Below are positions 28,880 through 40,800 of a DNA stretch of 64,000 bases, piece by piece. Below the pieces are notes generated by a model. That model was not told the DNA's origin. It saw nothing but the letters and a program-made list of their open reading frames with translations, and searched no databases. The first letter of the stretch is position 1. The number at the start of each line of letters is the position of its first letter. A program made the translations under genes and the position numbers. This stretch comes from Paraphysomonas bandaiensis (lineage: Eukaryota; Protista; Chrysophyceae): NCBI GenBank assembly GCA_965644295.1, contig CBFFRP010000200.1:124001-188000 (forward strand), written 5' to 3'.

Positions 28880-29880
28880 AAACAACCTGACGTCAGCAGA
28901 TAATAAAGTATATTAACGTTCTTCTTGCTAAGCGTTTGCTTTGAGTGATAGAGCGAAAGTGGTTGCACCTTGGTGCTTGCGGTGACGCACAAGAGGTAGC
29001 ATTAAAACATGTATCAGAGTTAAGCACCAGTTGGTTAAATTGTAATGCTAAATAATAAGGCATTCACTACTAGTAATACAAGCATACATATATATATTGT
29101 TGTCCTTACTCAAGTATTAATGGCCAGAGATGTAGTACAACGATACAACAGAACGAAAATTTCCAACCAAAGTATAGTCACAATGATATTATGACCCTCA
29201 ACAAAGTCGGACTCGCACCTTTTCGTGGTGTTCTGGGGGATAAGTACCGGAGAGATTCTTTCTGGGAAACTAACGTGAGCCGCAAACATAGTCAGCAGAT
29301 ATTCTTCTGCCCACTCATAGCTCATAGCCGAATGCTTGTGTCGTACAAGGGACACCAATAAGTGTCTCTTGTGTAGACGTCTTTGGGCCCTGACGAATAA
29401 ACAGGCATCCGGGAATGGGCCCACCTCAAGGGTAGCCGGGGTATGGGCTGCCTGCTGAAGTCACGCATCCGGGATGTTCATCTTAAGAACTCAGAGGAAG
29501 TGGTCGCACCTTGGTGCTTGCGGCGACGCACAAGCAGCTTCCGTAGCGTTAAATAGTAGGATTAAAAAAGTGTGTACTGATTAGTTACAGGTAGAGGTCT
29601 AACTACTTTGTCTAGCATTCATCTAGCTACTAATTTGATGCAGGTTTTTAACGCCTATTGCTAATAATAAGACTTTCAATATGATATTATGACTAGCTTA
29701 ATCTAGCTAAACTTATTATCTCAGTATTGCGCAGCGCAAAGTGCGCTTCCTGATGTTGTTTCGTAGAGTTAAGCGTCACTTGTGGCCACAATATATGTCA
29801 GTAGTTTAAAACAATGGAAATAAAACTAGTTTCTGAGCACAACCGTTCTCATGTAATAATCAGATACTCTTACTAATAAT
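28880..29880 (+). repeat. Cluster of dispersed repeat family copies
   Basis: Hairpin module GTGG(T/C)TGCACCTTGGTGCTTGCGG(T/C)GACGCACAAG-like at ~28960 and ~29500. Flanking modules are shared with 5685-5795, 19420-19855, 52960-53200, 54290-54600 and 63416-63780. Confidence 0.78.
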
Positions 29881-30186
29881 GGAAATATTTTTGATTGGAC
29901 GGTACCTTGCAGTACTACAGCTATGTATAGCATAGTTGCCCAGCCCTGACACAGATGTCATTTATCTTTTTCGTTCTCTCGTGGCATTTTTATAACGAAT
30001 AATTCGCTCTATGAGAAAATACTGTATTAACAGGTATTAGTTAACCACAATCACATTCGTGAGTCCAAGTATTGTTCATTCTACTAGAGATAACATGCTA
30101 CATTCCAGGTTATTCTGGTTCAACAATAATTACAATTAATAATAATCAGCGAAGCATCGGGTATATATATAACTGTTCTAAACATA

Positions 30187-30666
30187 TTAAGGTACTGTAC
30201 TCTCGGTGCAATTTTCTTTACGTTCACTGTCATCACTTTTCTGCTGTCCATCGGTCACTACTTCCTTTTTACTGCTAGTTTTCTGCTTTTTCGCAGATTT
30301 CAATCGCTTCGACAGATGCACTCTACTTAAACCAACACTATCTCTCAACCCTCCAAATTCATCAAGTCGATCACGTTTAATCCCATTTATACAACACGAT
30401 AACATATTTAATTTGAAGGTATCATCACTTTTATCAAATGTCAAAATGGAGTCATTGTGTCCTCTCGAAACTCCACCTTTCAAGACGAGAGTAGAATCAG
30501 GTGCAGATGCAGATACTCGAAGTACCGCAGAGTCTCCAGATAATTCCAATTCACTTCTCTTATCACTTAGGCATTCCGTGTCAACATTGTATTGTATGCT
30601 GATAATTTCATCATCGTCAGCGGACGATATGACTAACGGGTATCGCTTATTCAATTCAAAGTCCAT
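30187..30666 (-). CDS. EAF (ELL-associated factor) domain-like protein
   Basis: YPLVI...SIQY...LKGG....DSILTFDKSDDTFKLNMLS...IK matches the recalled EAF-domain pattern; basic, low-complexity tail. Confidence 0.55.
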   Translation of the reverse strand: MDFELNKRYPLVISSADDDEIISIQYNVDTECLSDKRSELELSGDSAVLRVSASAPDSTLVLKGGVSRGHNDSILTFDKSDDTFKLNMLSCCINGIKRDRLDEFGGLRDSVGLSRVHLSKRLKSAKKQKTSSKKEVVTDGQQKSDDSERKENCTESTVP

Positions 30667-31421
30667 TAAACAGAAATCATATACCCTATGCTAACATCAA
30701 TTTCTTTTTAACAACTTTGACGATTGAGCTCATCAATACTATAGAACAGTGCATCCAGTCGCCACATCTATACAGCCATATGCCATATATATCTGTGCCT
30801 GTAGTTCACTGTATATGAATGAATTATATTATTGGGAGAATCGGGCTATTCACTGTACACTTCTCTGCCTAGAGCAAAATATTTCGGTAGTTTTACGGAA
30901 AGCAAAATCTAAGAATTCTTATGATCAATGCCTATATTTTTTGTATATATTTTGACCTAGTTTTTGTGATCATCTGTGCATATATTTATGGTATTGGGAC
31001 TACAACATACCATACCGCATACTACTGATATACGGAGCAGTAGCAAAGACGGGTGAGGAGGAGAGAGGTGACGGTGTGTGGTGTCTGGTATTGAGTTTCA
31101 GTTCTAAAAAATCATTCGATCCTAATGTATTGGAGTTCAATGTCAGTCTACTCCAGTCTATACGTGCACTATACAGCACACTGTCAATCGCTTGAAGGTC
31201 AGTTCAGTTCAGTACAGCTGCTATAGTTTTTGTAATTTACTCGACACGATATAGACTAGATAGATAGGGACAGCTGAGCTCAGACACCATTGGAACGATG
31301 TCTCATTGTTGATAACAGTGTGTATTATAGAAGCTCTGTGGTCACATCCCTCGAGACTACATACGGCATATTAGAATAATAGAATCTGTCATTGGACCAT
31401 CTATCGTCTCTTGCAACTATT

Positions 31422-34294
31422 ATGAACGCTAATCTCAGAGGACTCTTAGAGAGTTCATGTTCTGTTCTCGGGTTTGAGGTCGGCGAAGTGTGGTTTGCAA
31501 GAAAAGCTACAGGTCTGTACTATATTATGGGGACCTTTCTAATCCAGTTATACAGGCGATGATAAAATAGCACTAAGATTTCACCAACTTCATATTAGTT
31601 CAGTATACGAAGATATTCATCGTGCTTTGATACAACCGAATATCAATGATGGCTACACTGATGAAACAACACACAAAGTGTCCCCAATTGTGAGTTATAT
31701 TTTGCAGTTTTATCGTATTAATGAACTGATGTTGATCATACAGATGTGTAGAAGCGCGTGTGAGAATGGGAAGATTGTTTGGGCCAATGCGAAAGCATGT
31801 GAAGGACTGGTGGGAACTGTGGTTCCTCTACACACAGCAGTTAGCGTTCCTGCGTTTAGGATTGGGGAGGATCTGTGTGTTGTTGTCTTATTCTCAGTGC
31901 AAATAATCGAGATGTCTACCCGCGCGATTCAGTTCTTATGTTCGGTAATGGCAGCAGTACCATACTACGATAAAGACTTTGCGATTCTGGCGCCTCACAT
32001 TGCCCCCTTCTATAATACCGGCATGAATGTCGTTAGTGACATACCACAATCAGACTCTTCTGTGGACCTTCTAGAGCTCTCCTCGCCCTGCACACTGAAT
32101 GAGTCAGATGAGTTACCCACCCCGGTTATGTCTTTAAGTGGGGTGCATTCGCAGTGTGCTCCCGACATGGATCTGCGCGTACAGGACATGATCGGTATAT
32201 CGGAGGAGAGCGATGGATCCGTTCAGGGCTTTGCATCGTCATGGAGTTATATGAAGTTTTCTGACTTATGGAATCCTGGAAGTGAATATGGTGGGGGCAC
32301 TTTAGTGGATGGCCGACTAAGTTACACACAGCTGAAAGAGCGGTACCATGAGCTGATGATCGGGTTGCTGCACCTCACAGCTTTTGAGATAACAGAATTG
32401 TGGCTGTTAGATGAATGTAGCTCAGAACAGGTTCCAAAAGATCGCTTGACAGTAGTCGCCGCTTTTCATACTGATGCCGCATTACAGCCATGGGCGTCTT
32501 TCACCCGGTTGCTTTCGTTATCATCTGGATTAGATTTTCCAGGCCAGGTGTTGCAGAGCGGGCGCCCGCAGACAGACTCCATGTATGGTCACCATCACGT
32601 ATATGACCCTCTTTATCCACGTGCGTTACACGCCAAGGAGCTTGGTCTCCGAACAGCGTTTGGTGTTCCCATTCCTAAAGACAGGGGTGTGTGTGGTGCT
32701 CTAGTCTTCTACGCTCGGAGCGATGTTCCTTTGCCTCGGACTCTGGTTACAATGATCACCGCAGCTACTTATCTGCTTGCCGGAAGCTGCATTCATACTG
32801 TGAATGCCACTTCATCAATACCGTCCACGGTTGCATCTAACCAAGTTGATTCAGCTATACAATCCCATGTGCCCTCTAATCATAATTATCTGGGAGAACC
32901 CGAAGTGGGTCATTCGTATGAAGAAGATTGCAAAAGTCTCATTGACTTCGCCTTCAATAATGCGCTCGAGTTATTTTGTGACGATATAGACTCATGGGCA
33001 AACGGCGACGAGGAGTCAATGTCATCTAATCTCTTGGAAAGTGACACTGATGCTCTGATCACTTTAAATGATGGGGGACGGAAGAGGGGCCGCACTCTGT
33101 CTCGGAGTAGTTCCTTTGGAGGGCACGAGAGTCAGGAAGAGGGATGCTGCAAGAGATGCTCACGTGCTCTAAAGAACAATGCTGTTGGGAAATACTGTCA
33201 CAACTGCGAGCTGCTCGTTCAGCAGCGCACAACGCCAAGTCACCCCATGATCACCATGGATGCAGCATCCCTACATGGGAGTGGATATAATGGTTTACCT
33301 TTTATCGGAGCTGACGGACTGAAATCCGAATTCGCATTTGCCAATCATTTGGGCAGTGGCAGTATTGGCTTGCCAACTATGGGTACCGGACAAGGTGGAA
33401 TACCTGTATACCAGCATTTCGACAGTAGCGCGGCTTCACACAGAGATGCATTTTACAATTCCAGTCGCCAATTGAGCGAGAGACAATCAATAAACCATCT
33501 ACAAAACTACTTTGCATCAATGGCGACATCTGACCCAAGAGGCCTGGACACGAAACTGCCTCTACCGGGAACAAGCGAGGGGAAGCCTAGTGCCCCTTCA
33601 TCGTCCAAGCCACGCTCTGCTGCGAAGCTATGTAAATACGAAGGATGTGAGAATACAGTAATGCAGAGATCGCCGTATTGTGCGGCGCACGCTGGTTCGA
33701 AAAAGTGCCAACGTGAAGGATGCAACAAATGTGCGCAAGGAAGCACTCGTTTTTGCATTGCGCATGGTGGTGGTAGACGGTGCACACATCCAGGATGCAC
33801 CAAAGGGGCGAGGGATAAATTCTTTTGTGCAGCACATGGTGGTGGAAAGAGATGTATTGCGGAGAATTGCAATAAATCTGCTGTCGGAAGTTCCAAGTAC
33901 TGTACGAACCACGGTGGAGGGAAGAGGTGTAAAGAACCAGGTTGCCAAAAGTCTGCCCAATCATCAACATCATACTGTGTGAAACATGGAGGCGGACGAA
34001 AATGTATTGTAGAGGGATGCACTAAAGTAGGTTTTGAATCTGTTCCTAGCTGTATCTCACTAATTTGCAATTTAGGTCTCTCGAGGACGATCTAATTTTT
34101 GTGCAAGTCACGGTGGTGGCGTTCGCTGCAGAGTAACGTCATGCAACAGACACGCATCTGGCCCGTTGCAACTATGCAAAGAGCACAGCCCTGGGGGAAG
34201 TGATGTTGCTACATTGGCTACAAAGAATGTTGTTGACAGCGATAGTCAAATAGATGAAACTACTCTGGTGTCTAAACCAGAACCTGGTACATAG
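31422..34294 (+). CDS. Putative transcription regulator: two NIN-like (NLP-type) GAF-like domains plus a C-terminal array of WRKY19-like CxxxGC...CxxHGGG zinc fingers
   Basis: Exons ~31422-31512, 31556-31689, 31744-34026, 34076-34294. Repeated FEVGEVWF / FEITELWL; GLDFPGQV...YPRALHAKELGLRTAFGVPI; about seven CxxxGCxKxA....CxxHGGG-type units. Confidence 0.8.
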
Positions 34295-35768
34295 ATTGTG
34301 ATATTTATACCTAAAAATCTCTGTGAATTTGCTATGCAACTGAATAAGAATTCTTATTCTTCAGCCTCCCAATAATAATATTTAAGATTTTGATACCATG
34401 TTTCTATGCGGCTATTTAATTTGTGCTTGAAACCTTCATTTCATTTTTTCTCCGAAAGTTTTTCGATTCGTTTAGACACTCGTATATTCACTCGACAGAC
34501 AATACACAACAACACTACGACGGCTCACAAACTTCAATAAATTTTTCATGTTACTGAACTTACTTAAAAGGGTATATCTAAAAAACTCTAGTCTTATCAC
34601 TTGAAATTAATTTTTTTGAGGGGGGTATTAGTCAATATCGAAGGCCAGTATAAAAGTATAAAAGGGGTGAATAGATGTTTTTCTTCCCAACAATCTTCAT
34701 CTCTAATTTTTCATAGACTTTTAAATGCCTGCTATTTTGCTACTATTCAAATATGCTCTTTGATGCAGATGTAGAAAAATATCTAACAAAAATAATTAGC
34801 AAGATGTGTCAACAAACTAGAAACCAAAATATTATGTCTACGTAGTGCACAGTTGAGAATTCAGGTTACAATTAAAAAATTAGTTTGTATTCTAGGCTAT
34901 CTAATTATAACTGTTATTGAAAAACAATTTGTAACTACTACATATCTAGTTACAGAACTTCGATTTTTTCAGCAATTCTTATCCATTTTACAGGCTCTCT
35001 ATATTCAGTGTTCATTTTATGGGCTCAAATCGATGTCAGCTATCAATACCAGAGCGAATAGTGAACACAAAATAAAGAATTTCCATGTATTATATATCGT
35101 ACTGCATATAGGATTTTCATTGAGTGAGATGCATTTGCAATGATATTCTCTACTGACAATGGCAAGCTACATACACGTAGTGTGTAGGTCAGGACTTGAA
35201 CTGCCACTGACATATACGTACATCGAAGCCAGTAGATGTATGTATTATTAATACGGTATGTATTCGAAACATATACGAGAGGGCTTATGTTCTATACGTG
35301 TCCTCTCACCCAGCAACATCGATCACTCTGTCTATGTATCATAGCTCGCTTCTTGACAGGATTGCACATGTCTGTTCTATCATACACTGGAGCTGTATGT
35401 AACCCTCTCCACACTCTAACTATAAGAGATCATTCGACTCCATCACAGAGAGAATTATATGAGGAGTATCAAGGAGGCATCTTACAGGGGTTTCTATATG
35501 TTATCTACACTCTGCCTGTACATAGAAGTACACTGAGTGTATCCATAAGTACATGGCATGCTTAGAAGTACTGTACTCAGTGTATCCATACATGTACTGC
35601 ACTATATTCCAGAAGTACAGCAGTACATATCTGATAGTTCAGGTCATCAGAGCAGTACAGTGTGGAATACTGCAGTATACATACAATGGTGTGGTCCAGT
35701 GCAGTGATTATTCAGAGCAGACACACCATATAGAAGGAGAACCACAGCACACTGGAGCATCCCTTTAT

Positions 35769-36764
35769 ATGATGTTCCGTGCTCTAATAGCTGGTAGACT
35801 ATCACCGGTGGCTATCAATAGAAGGCTCTATCACATCCCTGTTTTACTGAAAGAGAGTTGCGATGCGCTGTGTGTTGTGAGGGGGGGCGTGTACGTGGAC
35901 TGTACATTAGGCGGTGGAGGACATACACGGGAAATACTTGAACGAGGTGGCAATGTGATTGGGCTAGATCAAGATCCGGACTCTATAGCAAGGGTAAAGC
36001 AGGAGTTAGCACAGTACATTAGTTCGAATAGACTGGAAATAGTGCAAGTAAACTTCAGCGAAGTAGTCAGCGCGGTTCAATCATCAGAATTGGGTAGGGA
36101 CAGATTGAAAGGTGTAGATGGGGTGCTCTTTGACTTGGGCGTGTCGTCACACCAGATTGACATGCCTGATCGAGGATTTGCTTTCAGATTCGAGAATAGC
36201 CCACTCGATATGAGAATGGGAGGCGCTGATGATGAGAAGAGTGCGACTGCAGCAGACATTGTCAATACCCTCGATACGGAGTCTTTGGCAGACTTGCTTT
36301 ATACCTATGGAGAGGAGCGAGGATCTCGTGTCATTGCTCGTGAGATTGTGGCTGCACGCCCAATGATGTCAGCCGGCGATTTAGTTCGAGTCATATCGCG
36401 ATGCACCCCCGCTCCCCATCTTAATAAGACTCTAGCTCGGTGCTTTCAGGCTCTCAGAGTGGCTGTTAATCACGAGATGGAGTGTTTAGAAATGGCTCTT
36501 AGAAATTTACACAGTTGTGTCAGAGAAGGTGGCCGACTAGCAGTTATATCATACCACTCACTTGAGGACAGAAGAGTAAAGGAGCTGATGACACCTCTCC
36601 GTAAGGGAGATTTCCAGGTAAAGATAGATTGCGAGGACTGGTTAGGAAACGGAAGGGGTTTATGGCAGCCATTAAACAAGAAGACGATTACTCCTACTAG
36701 AGAGGAAGTAAGATTAAATAACAGATCTCGTAGTGCAAAGCTTCGTGTAGCAGAGAGAGTATGA
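35769..36764 (+). CDS. rsmH: Organellar SSU rRNA m4C methyltransferase RsmH/MraW (METTL15)
   Basis: HIPVLLKE, DCTLGGGGH, DLGVSSHQID, PLDMRM, FQALRVAVN, ISYHSLEDRRVK, NNRSRSAKLR. The likely start is MMFRALIAGRL (transit-peptide-like), not the ORF-track start at 35553. Confidence 0.93.
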   Translation: MMFRALIAGRLSPVAINRRLYHIPVLLKESCDALCVVRGGVYVDCTLGGGGHTREILERGGNVIGLDQDPDSIARVKQELAQYISSNRLEIVQVNFSEVVSAVQSSELGRDRLKGVDGVLFDLGVSSHQIDMPDRGFAFRFENSPLDMRMGGADDEKSATAADIVNTLDTESLADLLYTYGEERGSRVIAREIVAARPMMSAGDLVRVISRCTPAPHLNKTLARCFQALRVAVNHEMECLEMALRNLHSCVREGGRLAVISYHSLEDRRVKELMTPLRKGDFQVKIDCEDWLGNGRGLWQPLNKKTITPTREEVRLNNRSRSAKLRVAERV

Positions 36765-37466
36765 ATTGTTCGACCTATACAGTCTACAACGTGGAAATAG
36801 TGATCGGGATAAAATTTTATATTAGTATATTCGCTTAGTCATTTATGTAAATATTTTCTGTATGCTCTATGTTTGTTTATTCGATTCATACTTTTTTAGT
36901 ATGATCTCTGCATGGCTGTGGAGAACAGACAGAGGAACAAGGTGAAGCTCAATTAATATCACTGAGAAAGAGTAATACACAGTTCTGAATTTAATTAATT
37001 TACAGGGGCTAATACTCATGAATTATATATCCTCATTGCCCTATTTTGAGAGCGTACCCTAGTGAAGTGTTAGTGTTGACTAAGCTAAGTAACGTATTGA
37101 GTATTGATTATTAATAAAAACCTCAGCGTATTCTTTGTGTGTCGGCACCAAGAAAACTCTAGCTAGATCTACACTATACTTGCATAGCCTATATGAGATC
37201 ACGAGAAACCCTGCGCATTCTAGGGAGGGGGGGGGGGCAATGTCACACTAGACCTATACTGAGTCATGCATGGTCACGAGAATCCCCGCGTAATCTTTGT
37301 TAGGTAATAATGGGAAGGTACAGATGGTCCTACTAGAATCTGCGCGAGATACATATATAAAAGTCATGCATAGTTATGAGAAATCCCGCGTAATCTCAGC
37401 AGAGGTTAACACAGGTGGGGGGACAACTGAATCTGCGCGTGATCTATGTGGTCAGCTACGTTGGTA

Positions 37467-37758
37467 TGTTGAGATCTGAAGATTCTATATACTTGCAATT
37501 GAGTGCAGTATTATGTGAGATGCAAGGATCGAAAGATATATATGTAATTAGTACATTATATTGTGTAGTATGAAACTGAAGTAGAAGTGGATGACTATAC
37601 AGGATACGATCACTGAGTGTGTGGTTTGTACACTATAGTAGTAAATGAATGGTGTTGAACACATCGAACACAACTTAGGTTCTTTATCATGTAATGTTTA
37701 TAATTTCATCTTATCATTTGAGAATAGTAACCTTAGCAAATAATGTCAACTTCTGTTA
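37467..37758 (+). repeat. 5' LTR (TG...TA)
   Basis: Direct repeat of 42465-42756. Confidence 0.93.
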
Positions 37759-37776
37759 TGGTAGCGGATGGTAGTT
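37759..37776 (+). other. Primer binding site, probably initiator tRNA-Met
   Basis: TGG-T-AGCGGAT-GGTAG-TT is 18 nt and parses as the complement of CCA, discriminator A, an acceptor stem beginning AGC, the T-stem and the AA end of an iMet-type T-loop. Confidence 0.7.
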
Positions 37777-37850
37777 GTAGGGATGGGGAAGATGACAAGA
37801 AGCTACGGTTTGACAAGAACCAAGCAGACTATTAAGCGAGAAAAATCAAG

Positions 37851-40800
37851 ATGCATCTAATGAAGAAAAACCGAAACCATCTTGGCTTGGAGGACCCGCC
37901 AGCCGGAGGAAGGAATTTAGAGTCATGGAGAGAGCGTAATGATACCTGTGTTAGTACTATTTGGGAGGCTTGCGAGCATGACCCTGATGTGTTGGAGGTA
38001 GCCAATCAATATTTGGAGGGGAAGGCAATTTTACCTGCTGATGATCCTGCTAAGGAGGTGTTATCCAGTGAGCTCCTTCAGACACTGGTTGATAGGTTCA
38101 GAGGCGAGATTGGGACTGTATTGGAGAAGACTACGGCAGAATACCATTCGTTCAAAATAAGGCCGGGGGAAAAGGTGTCTGTTGGGGTAGATCGACTGAA
38201 CGGTATAATCCAGAAGCTCATAAAATTGGGACAACCGCAGACAGAGGCAAGTAAATTAGCAAAGATAAAAGCAGCGCTGCAGATAGAGGAATTACATGAT
38301 TTATGGATGTCGGTAGCGATGATGCCTAAAGCAACAACTACATTTGATTCGGTGAAAGAGGCTTGTGAAGAGTATGACGAGGCTATGACGCAGCTGAAGA
38401 AACTAAAGGGAGACAAATCTGAAGAGATCAATTTTACGGCGTCGAAGGAGCCAGTGGTTTGTTCATTTTGTCGGAAGAAGGGACATGTAGCAGCGAATTG
38501 TTATGCTAAGGAACGACAAAGAAAAATGGACAAGTTCAAAAGAAAAGGGAAGACAAAGGAAAAGGCTTCGAAGAGTGTGCAGCAGCCAGGATCAAAGGAT
38601 TATACTGGTTGTCATATCTGTGGAGATTTTAGTCATAAAGCCCGACAGTGCAAGTCGAAAAAACGGAAGAACATAAAAAACCCGGATAATGAGAATCCTC
38701 GAAAATCGAACAGGAAATTCGAGACAGAATGGAAGAAATACGTCAACGACGGAGAGTCGTCGGATGATGAAGCGAATATGTTTGGAGAAGAGGTTTTGCT
38801 ATCGGTGGATACGTCGGAAGAACCTCGTGTATATCTGGACAGTTGTGCAAGTAAAAGACTGTTTATAGTAAAGGATAAAGTTGCACTGGAGTCATTTACT
38901 CCTGAGTTTGGGGCAATCCAACTAACTAGAAAGGGTTCTCAATTGGAGACACAGGGAACTGGCACATTTGGGGAATGGAGAGACATCAGAGTTAGTGAAG
39001 AAGCGGTGAAGAACATTGTGTCAGGAGGAATGCTGAGATCAATGGGACACGGATTACAACTGCTTCGAAAGCCTAAAATCGTGGAATTGGACTCTGGAAA
39101 CGAGGTGTTGACTGGAGAGTACGATGAGCATGGAGGAATGCCGTATGTGGACTTGATGGAGGTGTTAAATCTGCCAAATGTGTCTATGTGCAATCAGATG
39201 GAGGAGGTAAATTTGTCGGATAATACAGGACAAGATGCGTTGGATCGCTTACATGAGCGTACTGGACATGTCTCGAAATCGAAGTTAATAGAAGCTCACC
39301 GACACATGTTATTCAGAGGATCAGGACTACAACGACATCACCTTTCGAAGGCAAAGGAGAAGAGTTGCAAGAAACCCCTGTGTAAATGGTGTGCCAAGGC
39401 GAAGATAACCAGGCATTCGTTCAAATCACGGGACAACGAAGAGCTAAGCGCAGTCAGGTTTCTGGAAAAAGTAACAGCGGACATCTCAGTCTATCTCAAT
39501 TGTGAATCCAGACAAGGGTATAAGTACGTGCTCCTATTTACGGACTTAGCAACAAAGATGATATGGGAATATGGATTGAGGACTCGAAGCGGAGAGGAGG
39601 TGTTCAAATGTCTACGACACTTGTGCGAGGTCCACTTAGTGAAGTACGAGGGGTGGAACCGTATAGTGGAGTATCATGCCGATGGAGGATCCGAACTTAT
39701 TAGTCAGCAGATAAGAGAGTATCTGTTGCAGCGATATGGGACTCGGGTGTCACATACAACACGAGACACGCCAGAGCTCAACGCGGTGTCTGAGAGGAAA
39801 TTCCGAACAATTGGGGAGATGACACTGACGATGTTGACGGCATCTGGACTTCCAAAGTCGTTCTGGTTTGATGCTTATCAAACTGCATGTTACATTGTGC
39901 GACGAATGCCAACTCGGACGTGGCAAGGATGGATGTCTCCATATGAGTGTGTCCCAGGGGGGAGCGTTCCCAGCCTATCGTGGCTACGGAAATGGGGGTG
40001 CAAAGCATATGTGCTAACACCCAAGGCCGACAGGAGGAAGGACTGGGAGGACAAAGCAATGACAGGTTATTTCATAGGGTATCCAGCTGATCGAAAAGGA
40101 TACAAGGTGCTAGTGGGGGACACCGTAGTACACTCTGTACATGTATTATTTGATGAATCGGTACCTGAGAGGTCTCAGGATTATTATAGAGAGCTGGAGG
40201 AGGCTCAAGTGGCTATAGATCCCGAGGCTCGTCAACCGGGTGAGTTTGAGTATCTTATCGGAAAGCACCATGAGGATGGTGGTCTGCTATACAAGACTAA
40301 CAGAGTGGTGATAAGGAAGGGACTTATTGTGGGATACCGGTCGTTGGTTACTGGTAACCAGGTTCAAGTGGAGGATAAAACTCCTATTCATATTGCTGAC
40401 ATCAAGAAGATGACAGAGGATCTTGCGCAGAGGGTGGTTAGGGCCAGAGTTACTGACAACCGTGACGGCGGTATCAGCGGAGTGGTGCCACAGCAGTCGG
40501 AAAGTGGGCAGGTGCAGCCCCAGGCTGACTCAGCATTACCTTCGGGGGAAGGGACCCCTGCCGAGAATCATCCGCACGGCAAACGCGCAAGAACTCCAAG
40601 GACGGTAACGAATGTGTCGGTGTTAGGACAAATCCATCATTTGAGTGATGAGAGTGATGTGAGTGACCTTTTACAGGAGGCAGACTCAGTGTGGATGTCA
40701 GCGGAAGAGTCGACAGTGCCTCAGACACATCGTGAGTCCTTGGAGAGTGCCGAGCACAGGGAGTGGAGACGAGCTCGCCGTGTAGAGCGAGAGGGTTTGG

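Noticed and set aside
35553-35768. 72-aa N-terminal extension of RsmH in the ORF track
   Set aside because: Reads like promoter DNA rich in TACAGT-type words; a transit-peptide-like start follows at 35769.
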